Below are positions 47,239 to 56,930 of a stretch of 64,000 nucleotides of DNA, piece by piece. The stretch spans positions 1-64,000 of the forward strand of contig CAZBBK010000006.1 in the NCBI GenBank assembly GCA_964490075.1. Reading direction: 5' to 3'. Each line of letters opens with the position of its first letter. The first letter of the stretch is position 1. Source of the DNA: an uncultured Gemmatimonadota bacterium (lineage in GTDB: Bacteria > GCA-2686955). The position numbers and the translations under genes were made by a program. A model generated the notes under the pieces. It did not search any database. It worked only from the letters and a program-made list of their open reading frames with translations, and was not told the DNA's origin.

Positions 47239-48102
47239 TCAGTTCTCGTAGTACCTCTCCAAGATCGCTCTCCGGGACTGCATCCGAAGGCGCCCCAACG
47301 CCTTCTCTTTGATCAAGCGGATATTCTCCTTGGTGCAGCCGAACTGGTCTCCGATCGCCTGCAGGGTGTGTCGGGGCTGGCCGGCCAATCCGAAATAGAG
47401 CGAGACCACGCGCGCCTGGCGCGGAGTGAGCGTGCCCAGCGCACGCTGCACGTCTGCTCCCAGAGCCTCTTCGGTCAGCTTGGCCTCAACCGAGTCCTCG
47501 AAACCGGTCTCCAAGAAGTCGATCAGTGAGCTCTCGCCATCGGCGGAGACCGGAGCGTCGAGCGACAGGTGGGCGCGGCCGAGCACCAGGTCGTGGGCGA
47601 CGATGTCGGGGTCTAGGCTGAGGCGCGCCGCGATCTCTTCGACCTTCGCCTCGCGATGCTCGCTGCGCTCGATCTCGCGCGCAATCCGCTTCACGCGTTT
47701 GATTTCTTGGGACTTGTACTGGGGGTAGCGCACCACTCCGACGGTCTCGGAAAGCGCCTTCAAGATCGACTGACGGATCCACCAGACCGCGTAGGAGATG
47801 AAGCGCACTCCTTTGGCCTCGTCAAAACGGTGCGCCGCTTTGATCAGGCCGTAGTTGCCCTCGCTGATCAGGTCCTCGAGCGGCAACCCACGGTTGCGAA
47901 ACTGGTTGGCAACCTTGACGACGAAGCGCAGATTGGCGGTGATCAGGCGATCGAGAGCGGCCTGGTCGCCGGCGCGGCATTTGCGCGCCAGGCGGACCTC
48001 GGTCTCGCGATCGAGAAGCGATTCGCGGCCGATCTCGTTCAGATACTGGCTCAGGATGTCGACGGGTTCGTAAGGAACCGAGCTCGTTTGAATGAGTGCC
48101 AT
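47239..48102 (-). CDS. Sigma70-family factor (short RpoD/RpoS-like, lacks region 1.1)
   Basis: YLNEIG..LL, ANLRFVV, DLISEGN.GL, FISYAVWWIRQ, region 4 HTH; RBS AAGGA upstream of ATG 48102. Confidence 0.9.
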   Translation of the reverse strand: MALIQTSSVPYEPVDILSQYLNEIGRESLLDRETEVRLARKCRAGDQAALDRLITANLRFVVKVANQFRNRGLPLEDLISEGNYGLIKAAHRFDEAKGVRFISYAVWWIRQSILKALSETVGVVRYPQYKSQEIKRVKRIAREIERSEHREAKVEEIAARLSLDPDIVAHDLVLGRAHLSLDAPVSADGESSLIDFLETGFEDSVEAKLTEEALGADVQRALGTLTPRQARVVSLYFGLAGQPRHTLQAIGDQFGCTKENIRLIKEKALGRLRMQSRRAILERYYEN

Positions 48103-48210
48103 GGCGTCTGTTTCCTTTCGGGCAGATGTCGTCACGGCGGAGCTCCCCGGAGCACCGTTCGCAGCGCGATCCTGGATCCCGGCCGAACCCAGGCACGAAG
48201 TTAACAGCGT

Positions 48211-48226
48211 TGCAAAAATCGTGCCG
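48211..48226 (-). promoter_or_regulatory. Sigma54-type promoter upstream of the sigma70 gene
   Basis: Minus strand CGGCACGATTTTTGCA, near-consensus (TGGCACG-N4-TTGCW). Confidence 0.7.
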
Positions 48227-48408
48227 ATCGGACAAAGCGTCCTGTCGGTTCGGCCCGCGATCTACTATCTATAGGCACCATAGTCGGAAAACGTTCCACC
48301 CGCATCGGCTCGACGCTGCCCGGCGCCGCCCGGGGGACCGAATCGCAGCTTTCGGGCCGCGGTGAAGCGCTACAGTGCCAAGATGACACGGCACCCTCGC
48401 GTGTCCTC

Positions 48409-49224
48409 GTGAGGAGACACCGCTGGCCTACGACGACGACGTTCTCCGTGCTGAACCGCATCCGACGCCGCTTCATCACCTCGCGCCTGGAACGGCAGCT
48501 CACCTACCAGCGCGCCATCGGCGCCGGATCGCGCCCCGCCGCGAGCTGGGTCGAGCCACCAGCCGGCCCGGCGCTGGTCCTCGCGCCCCATCCCGACGAC
48601 GAGATCCTGGGCGCCGGCGGCACCGCGGCCCTGCACGCCCGGCGCGGCGACCGGGTCGAGGCCGCCATCGTCACCGATGGCGCGAGTGGGGGGGAGCCGG
48701 GCACCGATCCGACCCGCCTGGTGGCGATTCGCGAGGCGGAGTCGCGCCAGGCCGTGCACTGCATCGGCTTCCACGACATCCACTTCGGGCGCGCCGCGGA
48801 GGGACTGCCGGAGGCACGGATCGAAGAGGCCCGTTGGCTCGGGGCCCTGATCGAGAGGCTCCGCCCGCGGGTGATCTACCTGCCCTCGCCGATCGACTTC
48901 CACCCCGACCACGCGCTGGCCAACGATCTGCTGGCCCTGACGCTGAGTCGCGGCGCCCCCGCGCCCGACCAGGTCGCGGCCTTCGAGGTGTGGTCGCCGA
49001 TCCTGCCCAATCGGCTGATCGACATCTCGGCGACCCTCGAGGCCAAGCGCCGGGCGATCGCCGCCTTCCCCTCGCAGACCGGGCGCTCCAACATCGAAGG
49101 CGCGTCGCTGGGGATTGCCGCCTACCGGGGGCTGGGACGCGCGGGCTGCCGTGCCGCCGAGGCGTTCTGGATGTCGCCGCCGAGCGCTTTTCTCGAGATC
49201 TGGGAGTCGCTGAGATGGCACTGA
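48409..49224 (+). CDS. PIG-L/LmbE family deacetylase
   Basis: APHPDDE, R.AE, HPDH and SQ motifs. Confidence 0.85.
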   Translation: MRRHRWPTTTTFSVLNRIRRRFITSRLERQLTYQRAIGAGSRPAASWVEPPAGPALVLAPHPDDEILGAGGTAALHARRGDRVEAAIVTDGASGGEPGTDPTRLVAIREAESRQAVHCIGFHDIHFGRAAEGLPEARIEEARWLGALIERLRPRVIYLPSPIDFHPDHALANDLLALTLSRGAPAPDQVAAFEVWSPILPNRLIDISATLEAKRRAIAAFPSQTGRSNIEGASLGIAAYRGLGRAGCRAAEAFWMSPPSAFLEIWESLRWH

Positions 49225-51002
49225 ACGAGCCGGCGCGCGTCCGGCGCAAAACCCGCATCATCGCCACGGTCGGACCGGTAAGCAGCGCGAGCGCCCGACT
49301 GCGCGCGCTGATCGACGCGGGTGTCGACCTGTTCCGGCTCAACATGAGCCACGGGTCGCATGCCTTTCATCGCAGCGCGGCGCGGCGGATTCGCGAGCAG
49401 GCTCGAGCGGCCGGGCGCAACGTCGCGATCCTGATCGACCTGCCGGGCCCGAAGATCCGCCTGGGCGAAATACAAGGTGGCAGCGTTCGGCTGCGCCCGG
49501 GCGCTCGGATCGCCATCGACGCAGACCTCGCGCGTTCCGGCGACCGGCGGCGGGTGGCGGTGAACTGGCCCGAGCTGCTGGCGGCGCTGCACCCCGGATC
49601 GCGACTGCTGCTCGACGACGGCAACATCGAGCTCCATGTCGACGAGGCGAGCGCCGAGCGCGCCTCGGCCACTGTGCTGCGCGGCGGCCCGCTGGCGTCG
49701 CGCAAGGGGGTGATCCTCCCCGGGGCCACCGCGGGGCTGAGCTGCCTCACCGATGCCGACCGCCGCCACCTGGCCTTCGGAGTGCGCGTGGGAGTGGACT
49801 GGATCGCGATCTCGTTCGTGAACAGCGCCCACGACGTGCGCGAGGTGCGTGCCTTGGTCGAGCGCCTCGGCGCCAAGACCCCGCTGCTGGCCAAAATCGA
49901 AACCGCGCTCGCGGTTTCCAATCTGGCCTCGATCGTCGACACCGCCGACGGCGTCATGGTGGCGCGCGGCGACCTGGGCATCGAGACCCCGGTCCAGGAG
50001 CTGCCGCTGGTCCAGAAACGCATCATTCGCCTGGCACGGGCCGCCGCCAAGCCGGTCGTGGTGGCGACCCAGATCCTCGAGTCGATGGTGGAGAAGGCCC
50101 AACCGACTCGCGCCGAGGTGACCGACATCGCCAACGCGGTGCTCGACGGCGCCGACGCGCTGATGCTCTCGGCCGAGACCGCCGTGGGTTCCTTTCCGGT
50201 CGCGGCGGTGACGACGCTGGCGTCGACCGCGGCCCGTGTAGAACAAGCGATGCGGGGGGATCGCGACACCGCCCACGACCACACCGGCCCCGAACGAAGT
50301 GCGTCGGTGGAAGCCTTCGGCAGAGCGACCCGCGAGATCGCCCGCTCGATGGGCGCCGAGGCGATCCTGGCCCTGACCCGCTCGGGTCGCACCGCCGTCA
50401 ACCTGGCGAGCTTCCTGCCGGTAGCCCCGGTGGTGGCCGTGGTGGCGAGCGAGGCCGTCGCGCGGCGCCTGACGATCGTGCGCGGTGTGTTTCCGCTGGT
50501 GCTGCCGGCCGTCGCCGATGACGGCCGGCGCCTCGACGACGCGCTGCGCGAGGCGGAGCGAAGCGGGACGGTGGAGCCGGGGGACCTTCTGGTGATCACC
50601 GCCGGGGTGCCGGCGAACGAGGGCGTGAGCACCAACACCATCACGGTGCGCATCGCCGACGGCTTCTACCTGCGTGGCTACGGCGCCGGCGCGCGGCGCC
50701 GCGCGAGCGGCACGATCCTGCGCCTGACGACGCCCGTGGACGAAGCTCCCGCCGAGGATCTGGGCGCCAAGGTCGTGCTCGCCCACGACCTCACCGAGGA
50801 CGCCGTCCACGCCCTGGCCGGCTGCGCCGGCATCATCACCGAGCGCGGGGGAGCGGGGGGGGCGACCGCGCGCGCCTGCACGGCGGCCGAGATCCCGGCG
50901 GTGCTGGGGGTTGCGGCGGCCCTGGAGAAGCTGCAAGACGGGGTCGCGGTGACGCTCGATACCGGCAAGGGCTTGGTGCGGGTGGTGCGGGGGAGTGGTT
51001 GA
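49215..51002 (+). CDS. pyk: Pyruvate kinase with C-terminal PEP-utiliser mobile domain
   Basis: KTRIIATVGP, RLNMSHG, ARGDLG, ATQILESM, PTRAE, MLSAETA; extra ~110-aa swivelling-like domain. Confidence 0.92.
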   Translation: MALNEPARVRRKTRIIATVGPVSSASARLRALIDAGVDLFRLNMSHGSHAFHRSAARRIREQARAAGRNVAILIDLPGPKIRLGEIQGGSVRLRPGARIAIDADLARSGDRRRVAVNWPELLAALHPGSRLLLDDGNIELHVDEASAERASATVLRGGPLASRKGVILPGATAGLSCLTDADRRHLAFGVRVGVDWIAISFVNSAHDVREVRALVERLGAKTPLLAKIETALAVSNLASIVDTADGVMVARGDLGIETPVQELPLVQKRIIRLARAAAKPVVVATQILESMVEKAQPTRAEVTDIANAVLDGADALMLSAETAVGSFPVAAVTTLASTAARVEQAMRGDRDTAHDHTGPERSASVEAFGRATREIARSMGAEAILALTRSGRTAVNLASFLPVAPVVAVVASEAVARRLTIVRGVFPLVLPAVADDGRRLDDALREAERSGTVEPGDLLVITAGVPANEGVSTNTITVRIADGFYLRGYGAGARRRASGTILRLTTPVDEAPAEDLGAKVVLAHDLTEDAVHALAGCAGIITERGGAGGATARACTAAEIPAVLGVAAALEKLQDGVAVTLDTGKGLVRVVRGSG

Positions 51003-51015
51003 GCGCGCGGGATGG

Positions 51016-51420
51016 CTATGGAGCCAGGAGATCGAGTCGCGGGAAGTAGGTCCGATAACGACCCGCGTCTCGCGAGAGCAGGCGCAGGCCGCACACCGCG
51101 GCGTGGGCGCCGATGTAGAAGTCGGGCAGCACCGAGCCTTTCGCCCCGCCGCTCCGGCGATCGCGTAAGAAGGCCTTCCCGGCCAGGAACGCGGCTTCCC
51201 ACGGAAGCGCCAGCCTGTGGAACGAATGCGCCGGCAGCGCCAGCTCCAGCTCCTCGATCGTTTCGAATCCAACCGACAGCTCGGCATAGACGATCGGGTT
51301 GATCGCGAGCCGGCCTTCATCCGCGCAGCGCGCGAGAGCATCCGCCGACCAGGAAGCCCAACGAACGTCATCGGTGAGCAAGTCGAGCAGAACGTTGCTG
51401 TCGACCAATGTGGTGACCAC
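51016..51420 (-). CDS. vapC: PIN-domain toxin (VapC)
   Basis: LVDSNVLLD, IVYAELS, LPDFYIGAHA, LSRD..RY. Confidence 0.88.
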   Translation of the reverse strand: MVTTLVDSNVLLDLLTDDVRWASWSADALARCADEGRLAINPIVYAELSVGFETIEELELALPAHSFHRLALPWEAAFLAGKAFLRDRRSGGAKGSVLPDFYIGAHAAVCGLRLLSRDAGRYRTYFPRLDLLAP

Positions 51421-51422
51421 GA

Positions 51423-51647
51423 TTACTCCCGCGTGAGCGCCATGATCTCATCGGTCGTCATCGCCACCCCCCCACGGCCGCGGAGATGCGCGACGATGCG
51501 CCGCCCCCGGGACTCCTCCCTCACCGCGGGCACGATGCGGACGGCGTTGCCTTCGACGTGGAATTCGACCTCCGCGCCAGGCAGGAGTCCGAAGCGTTCG
51601 CGGATCTCGATCGGAATGGTGACCTGCCCCTTGGTGGTGATCTTCAT
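51423..51647 (-). CDS. AbrB-type antitoxin (VapB)
   Basis: MKITTKGQVTIPIEIRERFGL; TDEIMALTR. Confidence 0.88.
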   Translation of the reverse strand: MKITTKGQVTIPIEIRERFGLLPGAEVEFHVEGNAVRIVPAVREESRGRRIVAHLRGRGGVAMTTDEIMALTRE

Positions 51648-51670
51648 CGTGGGCCTTCCTGGGTAGGTGT

Positions 51671-51685
51671 AATACCTGTTGTATT
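51671..51685. promoter_or_regulatory. Putative TA operator palindrome
   Basis: AATAC-N5-GTATT in an AT-rich patch 24 nt upstream of the antitoxin. Confidence 0.4.
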
Positions 51686-51836
51686 CTTACTCCTGGTGCG
51701 TCCGCGTATCAAGTGGGTGAATCGCGCGAGGTCTCTTGGCTCCGGCTCCGCCAGGCTGGGTGGCGGAGCATGGCTGTGAGCCGGTGGCCTTCTACAGGTT
51801 CTCGGCTTCACTGTATGCGGCCGGCTTGGATGCAGA

Positions 51837-51863
51837 CTGGATTCCGGCTTTCGCCGAAATGAC
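51837..51863. repeat. Degenerate REP/dRS3-like short palindromic element
   Basis: CTGGATTCCGGCTTTCGCCGAAATGAC resembles the widespread CTGGATTCCCGCTTTCGCGGGAATGAC element. Confidence 0.6.
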
Positions 51864-52223
51864 GGGGCTGGTGCCTGGACGGTCCTCCGGGTACGCGACC
51901 GCCGCTACGCAGCGCACCGGCGGAAGGGAGGGGGGCGCGGGCTTGGTGATCCGGGCGCGGATCGTGACCGGCACCGGGCGGTCACCAAAGAAGGCGGGGG
52001 GACCCGGCAGCGGCCCGAGCGCCCTGCTGCGCGATCTTCCCCGAGGCCGGGGGCGATGCCGCTCCTGGCAACGAGGAGCGGCCAAGGTCTGTCCCCCGAA
52101 AGGGGCCACTCCGGAATGTCGTGGCGACGGCCAATGGTCCCGGGGGATCTCGGCTGCCCCGGCCCGATTCCGCAACATCTTCCGGAAACCGGCTACCATC
52201 GGTGTGCGCTCACACGAGGAGGA

Positions 52224-52724
52224 ATGCCGTGCTTCGCATGCGCTTTGGAGAGACGGCAGCCATCTGGCGGGCGGCGTCGATGGGATCGACGGGCGACGGA
52301 AGGGGATTCGTACAGCTACAGCGGGGGATTCGTGACGGCGGGCGGAGACGTGGGGGTCTTCGCGGCGGAGGACTTCGATTCGGCCATTCTCGCCACGTGG
52401 ATCGCTGGCTCGGAGTCGCTTCAGCCGGTCGAGTGGATGCGCACGGACGACAACGTCGAGGCGATGGCGACCCACGGTGGATCGCTGGTCCTGGGGAACT
52501 ACAACGCCGCCTACCACACCTGCAAAGGCTGGCTCGCCGCCCGGGACGTCGGGCCGGATGGGGTGCTGACGAGCCTGGACGTCGCCCCGATCCGCGGCGC
52601 GCTCGCGGCCGGCTGCGGCTTCGACAACACGCTGCGCATCCAGCCTACCGAGTACGCGCTGCCGCCCGTCCTTCTCAGCCAGTGGACGGACCAAGGAACA
52701 CGGAAGACCCGCGAGGAGCTCTGA
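52224..52724 (+). CDS. Hypothetical protein, possibly a remnant of a beta-propeller protein
   Basis: Strong RBS GAGGAGG; the C-terminal two-thirds are coding-like while the first ~25 codons look frameshifted. Confidence 0.35.
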   Translation: MPCFACALERRQPSGGRRRWDRRATEGDSYSYSGGFVTAGGDVGVFAAEDFDSAILATWIAGSESLQPVEWMRTDDNVEAMATHGGSLVLGNYNAAYHTCKGWLAARDVGPDGVLTSLDVAPIRGALAAGCGFDNTLRIQPTEYALPPVLLSQWTDQGTRKTREEL

Positions 52725-52800
52725 CCCGGTCCCGCGATCCACTCCGGTCCAGCGACCGAGTAAGATGGAGACAAGCCCCGCACCCAAGAGGAGGAAAGCC

Positions 52801-53115
52801 ATGCCCCGCTACGTGTTGATGACCCGCCTGAGCCCCGAGCTGATGCAGGACCCGCGCGGCCGCAAGGCGATCGGGAAGGAGTGGAAGCGTCGCGTCGACC
52901 ATCTCTGTCCCGAGGTGAGCTGGATCGAGCACTACGCGCTGCTCGGCCCCTACGATTTCATGGACATCTACGAGGCCCCCGACGACGAGGTGGCCCACAA
53001 GGTGTCGCTGATCTCGCGCGCCTCGGGCGCCCTGAGCGCCGAGAGTTGGCCGGCCATCCGCTACGATCGTTTCCTGGAGATCGCCGAGGCGGTCGAGGAG
53101 GAGACGCAGGCGTAG
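52801..53115 (+). CDS. GYD-domain protein
   Basis: GAGGAGG RBS; YALLGPYDF..IYEAPD motif. Confidence 0.8.
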   Translation: MPRYVLMTRLSPELMQDPRGRKAIGKEWKRRVDHLCPEVSWIEHYALLGPYDFMDIYEAPDDEVAHKVSLISRASGALSAESWPAIRYDRFLEIAEAVEEETQA

Positions 53116-53128
53116 CGTAGGCCCTTGG

Positions 53129-55870
53129 TCAAGGGGCGCCAGCGGACTCTTCGGCCTCGCCGGCGGTCTCGCCGTGGAGCGACTCGAGCAGCCCCTCGAG
53201 TCGCTCGAGCCGCTGCTCCAGCTCTTCGTGGGACCGCTCCAGGTCGCCGAGGCGCCGGCCGAGCTCGAAGGGGCCCTCGTCTTCTTGCGCGTGCCAGCCG
53301 TGGATCTCGGCGATCGCCTCCTCTGCGGCGCGCGTCATGCGCGGGTCGGGATCGGAGACGGCCACGCGCCGCAGAGTCGGGATCGCGGCGGGGTCGCCGA
53401 GCCGCGCCAGGCCCGCGACCGCATCTTCGCGCACGTAGTAGTTGAAGTCGGTGGTGAGCGCTTGCAGCTCCAGGCGCAACGCGCGGCGTCGGGGGGCCTC
53501 GGTCTCGGGGTCGAGCCGGGCGCCGCAGCGGCCGAGGATCGTGGCGCTGTGGCTGCGGATCCAGCTGCTCGGCTCGTCGCGCAGGAGCTCGCGCGCCGCC
53601 TTCAGCGCGGTGTTCGTCTGGCCGACCGCCATCAGTCCATCGAGGGCGCTTCGCCGGATCTGCTCCTGGAAGGAGGGCATCTCCAGCCCCTTGCGACAGG
53701 CCTTGGCCGCACCCGGCGCACCGATCGAGACCAGTGCTTCGAGGGCCGCGGCGCGGGGGCCGTAGCCCGGGTCCTTCTTCGCCATGCGGCGCAACGCGCG
53801 CGCCGCCTCGTCATCGCCAACGAATGCGCCGAGCGCCTCGGCCACGCTTGCACGCACCCGTGGGTCGCGGTCGCTGGCGGCGGCCAGCAGCGCATCGCGG
53901 GCCGCGGCGCCGCCCACGGCTCCCAGAGCGCGCGCCGCCGCGCTTCGCACCCGATGATGCGGATCGCCGGTCAGCGCGGCATCGAGGGCGGCGACCCCCA
54001 ACGGGCTTTCCCCCGCCTCGCCCAGCGCACGCGCCGTGCGAATCCGCGCAACGGGATAGGCGCCGCCGGCCGTGGCCGCCAGCTCGCTGAGCCGTTCCAG
54101 GCGCCGTGCCAGCTCGTCCGCCGGCAGATCCTCTTCGATCGCCGCCAGGAGCCAACCCCGGGGATCGAGAATCACCGACGCTGGAGCACCGGAGAGCGGA
54201 AGCGACACTTCCTTCTGCGCGCCTTCGATGCGACCGCGATGCAGGCTCGGTTCGCCATCCTCCGCCAGAACGGCCACTTCGAAGTCGGTCTGGAAGAGCG
54301 TGGCGCCGTCGCCGACGTCTTGAGTCTGGCGCAGCTCGACGCGCGCAACCGACAGCGCCTCGTCCCAGCTCCAGCTCATCTCCAGCTCGGGATGCCCGGG
54401 GCCGCGCACCCACTGGTCGAAGAAACGCTCCATCGAACGGCCGGTGGATTCCTCGATCGCGTCGACCAGATCCTGGGTGGTGACATTTTTCCAGGCGCGG
54501 CTCTCGGTGTAGTGAGCGAGCGCCCTCTGGAACAGCTCCTCGCCGAGCTCGAAGCGCAACAGGTGCAAAACGCGCGAGCCCTTGGCATAGGCATGCTCGT
54601 CGAAGAGGTCCATCGCGATCTCGTAGCGCCGCTCGACGATGGCGCGGCGCTCGCCGGAACCGAGGTAGCCGTCGAGCGCATCCAGCGACCGAATCGTCGC
54701 TTCCTCCCAGCCGTCCAGCGCCTCGGTCACCAACACCTCGCCGTAGGTGGCGAACCCTTCGTTGAGCCAGATATGGGACCAGTCCCGGCAGGTAATCATG
54801 TCGCCGAACCACTGATGGGCCAGCTCGTGCGCCACCAGGTCGTCCATTCGTCCTTCGTCGTAGGCGGTCGCGTCGCGCAACGACGCCGCGTTCAGCGTGG
54901 TGGCGCTGATATTCTCCATTCCTCCGAACATGAACTCGTCGACCGCCACCTGGGCGTACTTCTCGTAGGGGTAGGGAAACTCGAGGTAGTCGGAGAGTGC
55001 CGTGAGCATCGCCGGTGTGGTGCCGAAGTTGCGCGGGATCCGCTCGGCGAGACCCGCCGGAACGTAGTAGTCGACCGAGATCTCTCCCCAGGTGTCGTGG
55101 AACTCGTCGAGCTCGCCGATCGCGACGCTGATCAGGTAGGTGACGTGCGGCTGGGATTCGTACCAGCGCCAAATTCGGGTGTCGTCCGGTCCTTCGTCGA
55201 CGCCGAGCAAGGCGCCGTTGCCGATCACCGTGTAGCGACGGTCGACGGTGTAACGCGCCGAGCTGGTGCCGCGGTCGTTGGGGTAGTCCCACGAGGGGAA
55301 CCAGTAACGCGACTCCTGCTCCTCGCCCTGGCTCCAGGCCTGGGGAGCTCGATCCGGCGCGTGCGGCGCGGGCCCGATGAAGTTGAGTCCGCGGCGCGGG
55401 CGGCCCCGGTAGTCCACCGCCAGCGTGAAGCGCTCGCCGCCCGCGAAGGGCCGGGTCAGGTCGATGGTGATGATCTCGCCGCGATGTTCGAATGGCAGCG
55501 GCACGGCGGTCCCGAGAGGAAGCGGGCCGTGCAGAGGGCCGGGCGTCGTCACCAGGCGCACCTGCTCGATCTGGAGATCGATGGCGTGCAGCCGCACCTG
55601 CTCGAGATCGTCGTGCAGCGAGGCCGCGGTGATCGCGGAGGTCCCGGCGATGCTCCCTTGGTCGAGATCGATGCGCAGGTCGAGTGCGGTGTGCAGCAGG
55701 TCGAAGTCGCGGTCCGGCGCGTAGCGCGCCGGGGGCGGATCGTCGCCGGCGGCCGTGAGCGCAGCGCGCCCGCAGCGTTCGATCGAGTCGTGCGCGAGGG
55801 CGGAGGATGCGGCGGCGAGAGCCACCAGGAGCGCGTGCACAGGGCGGATGCGAGGGGAGCGTGGTTTCAT
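53129..55870 (-). CDS. pepN: M1 family aminopeptidase with C-terminal HEAT repeats
   Basis: GGMEN, HELAHQW...NEGFA (HEXXH-X18-E), YAKG; HEAT repeats; signal-like N-terminus. Confidence 0.88.
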   Translation of the reverse strand: MKPRSPRIRPVHALLVALAAASSALAHDSIERCGRAALTAAGDDPPPARYAPDRDFDLLHTALDLRIDLDQGSIAGTSAITAASLHDDLEQVRLHAIDLQIEQVRLVTTPGPLHGPLPLGTAVPLPFEHRGEIITIDLTRPFAGGERFTLAVDYRGRPRRGLNFIGPAPHAPDRAPQAWSQGEEQESRYWFPSWDYPNDRGTSSARYTVDRRYTVIGNGALLGVDEGPDDTRIWRWYESQPHVTYLISVAIGELDEFHDTWGEISVDYYVPAGLAERIPRNFGTTPAMLTALSDYLEFPYPYEKYAQVAVDEFMFGGMENISATTLNAASLRDATAYDEGRMDDLVAHELAHQWFGDMITCRDWSHIWLNEGFATYGEVLVTEALDGWEEATIRSLDALDGYLGSGERRAIVERRYEIAMDLFDEHAYAKGSRVLHLLRFELGEELFQRALAHYTESRAWKNVTTQDLVDAIEESTGRSMERFFDQWVRGPGHPELEMSWSWDEALSVARVELRQTQDVGDGATLFQTDFEVAVLAEDGEPSLHRGRIEGAQKEVSLPLSGAPASVILDPRGWLLAAIEEDLPADELARRLERLSELAATAGGAYPVARIRTARALGEAGESPLGVAALDAALTGDPHHRVRSAAARALGAVGGAAARDALLAAASDRDPRVRASVAEALGAFVGDDEAARALRRMAKKDPGYGPRAAALEALVSIGAPGAAKACRKGLEMPSFQEQIRRSALDGLMAVGQTNTALKAARELLRDEPSSWIRSHSATILGRCGARLDPETEAPRRRALRLELQALTTDFNYYVREDAVAGLARLGDPAAIPTLRRVAVSDPDPRMTRAAEEAIAEIHGWHAQEDEGPFELGRRLGDLERSHEELEQRLERLEGLLESLHGETAGEAEESAGAP

Positions 55871-55903
55871 GGCTCGGGATTCTAGGCGATCGCGCGCATG
55901 GAA

Positions 55904-55936
55904 CGGGCGAATCGCGAATCGGGTGGCGGATTAGGG
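55904..55936. repeat. Diverged half-copy of the 37802-37864 palindrome
   Basis: CGGGCGAATCGCGAATCGGGTGGCGGATTAGGG versus CGGCGAATCGCGAATTGGTGGCGGATTGTGGG. Confidence 0.65.
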
Positions 55937-55949
55937 TTCGCGCAAGTCC

Positions 55950-56480
55950 TTAGTACCACACATTCATGCTCTCGATCCCACCGCTAAAGTTGGTGTTGTT
56001 GATCAAGCGCCCGCCGTAGCGCTACCCCATACGCGCGAAGGTGATGTTCATCCCGGCCGACATCGCCCTGCTGATGGTATGCGCGGTGCACATGCCGAGC
56101 ATCCTCATCTCCCCTTCCATCACCGGGAGCAGGTGCGGCGCGAGCCCACGGCCACGGTGTTCGGGCGGAGTCGCGAAGTCGGTCATCTCGACATTGCAAG
56201 CATCAGGATCCATCTCGGAAGACGCGACGGCGGCGACTCGGCCATCTTGGAGCACGCAGCAGTAGTTCACACGGCTACGCATCGTCTCCAGCAGATAGTC
56301 GGGCTCGTGGATCGGGAAGGGGTAGGAGCGAAAGACGTCCGCGTAGATATGGGTGATCTCCTCGACGAGCTCTGGCCCGGCCCGCACGATATTCGGCGGC
56401 GCGCTCGCGCCATCCGAAATCCCCTCCCCTTGTCTCTGCTCCGCCACAGCGAGCACCCGCTGGGCTTGCTCGGCGTTCGA
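55950..56480 (-). pseudogene. Beta-lysine N6-acetyltransferase (AblB/YodP-like) C-terminal fragment
   Basis: [68 protein letters not shown]; internal stop, no N-terminus. Confidence 0.75.
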
Positions 56481-56489
56481 ATCGACGCC

Positions 56490-56930
56490 AGGCCGACCAG
56501 CAAGAAGACCCACTGAATCGTGTCGGTGTAGATGACCGCTTTCAGACCGCCGGCCACCGTGTAGGCGGCGGTGATGAGCGTCACCGAGGCGAGCTTGGCC
56601 CCGGCCAGAATCTGGGCGCCGGTGAAGGCGAGATAGCCGAACCCGGAGATCAGGGCGGCCAGCAGGGCCACCCGATCGCTGTAGCGCCAGCGCAGGAAAT
56701 CCGGGAAGGTGAGCATCCCGTGGCGCGCGTCGATTGCCTTGATGCGCGGGATGATGAAGATCGCGGCGAGCCAGGCGCCCAGAAGCCGGCAAAGAGCAGC
56801 CAGCTCCCGGCCAGTCCCATCGCGAACCCGAGGCCACCGAGGCCGATCGAGAAGCCGCCGCCGACATCGGTGGCGACGATCGACAGCCCGACGTGGTGGG
56901 CACCGATGGCGCGACCGCCGACATGATTGT
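56490..56930 (-). pseudogene. Sodium:solute symporter (SSS) fragment
   Basis: VGGRAIG...[17 protein letters not shown], frameshift, then TFPDFL..RY...[18 protein letters not shown]; internally deleted and truncated. Confidence 0.75.
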
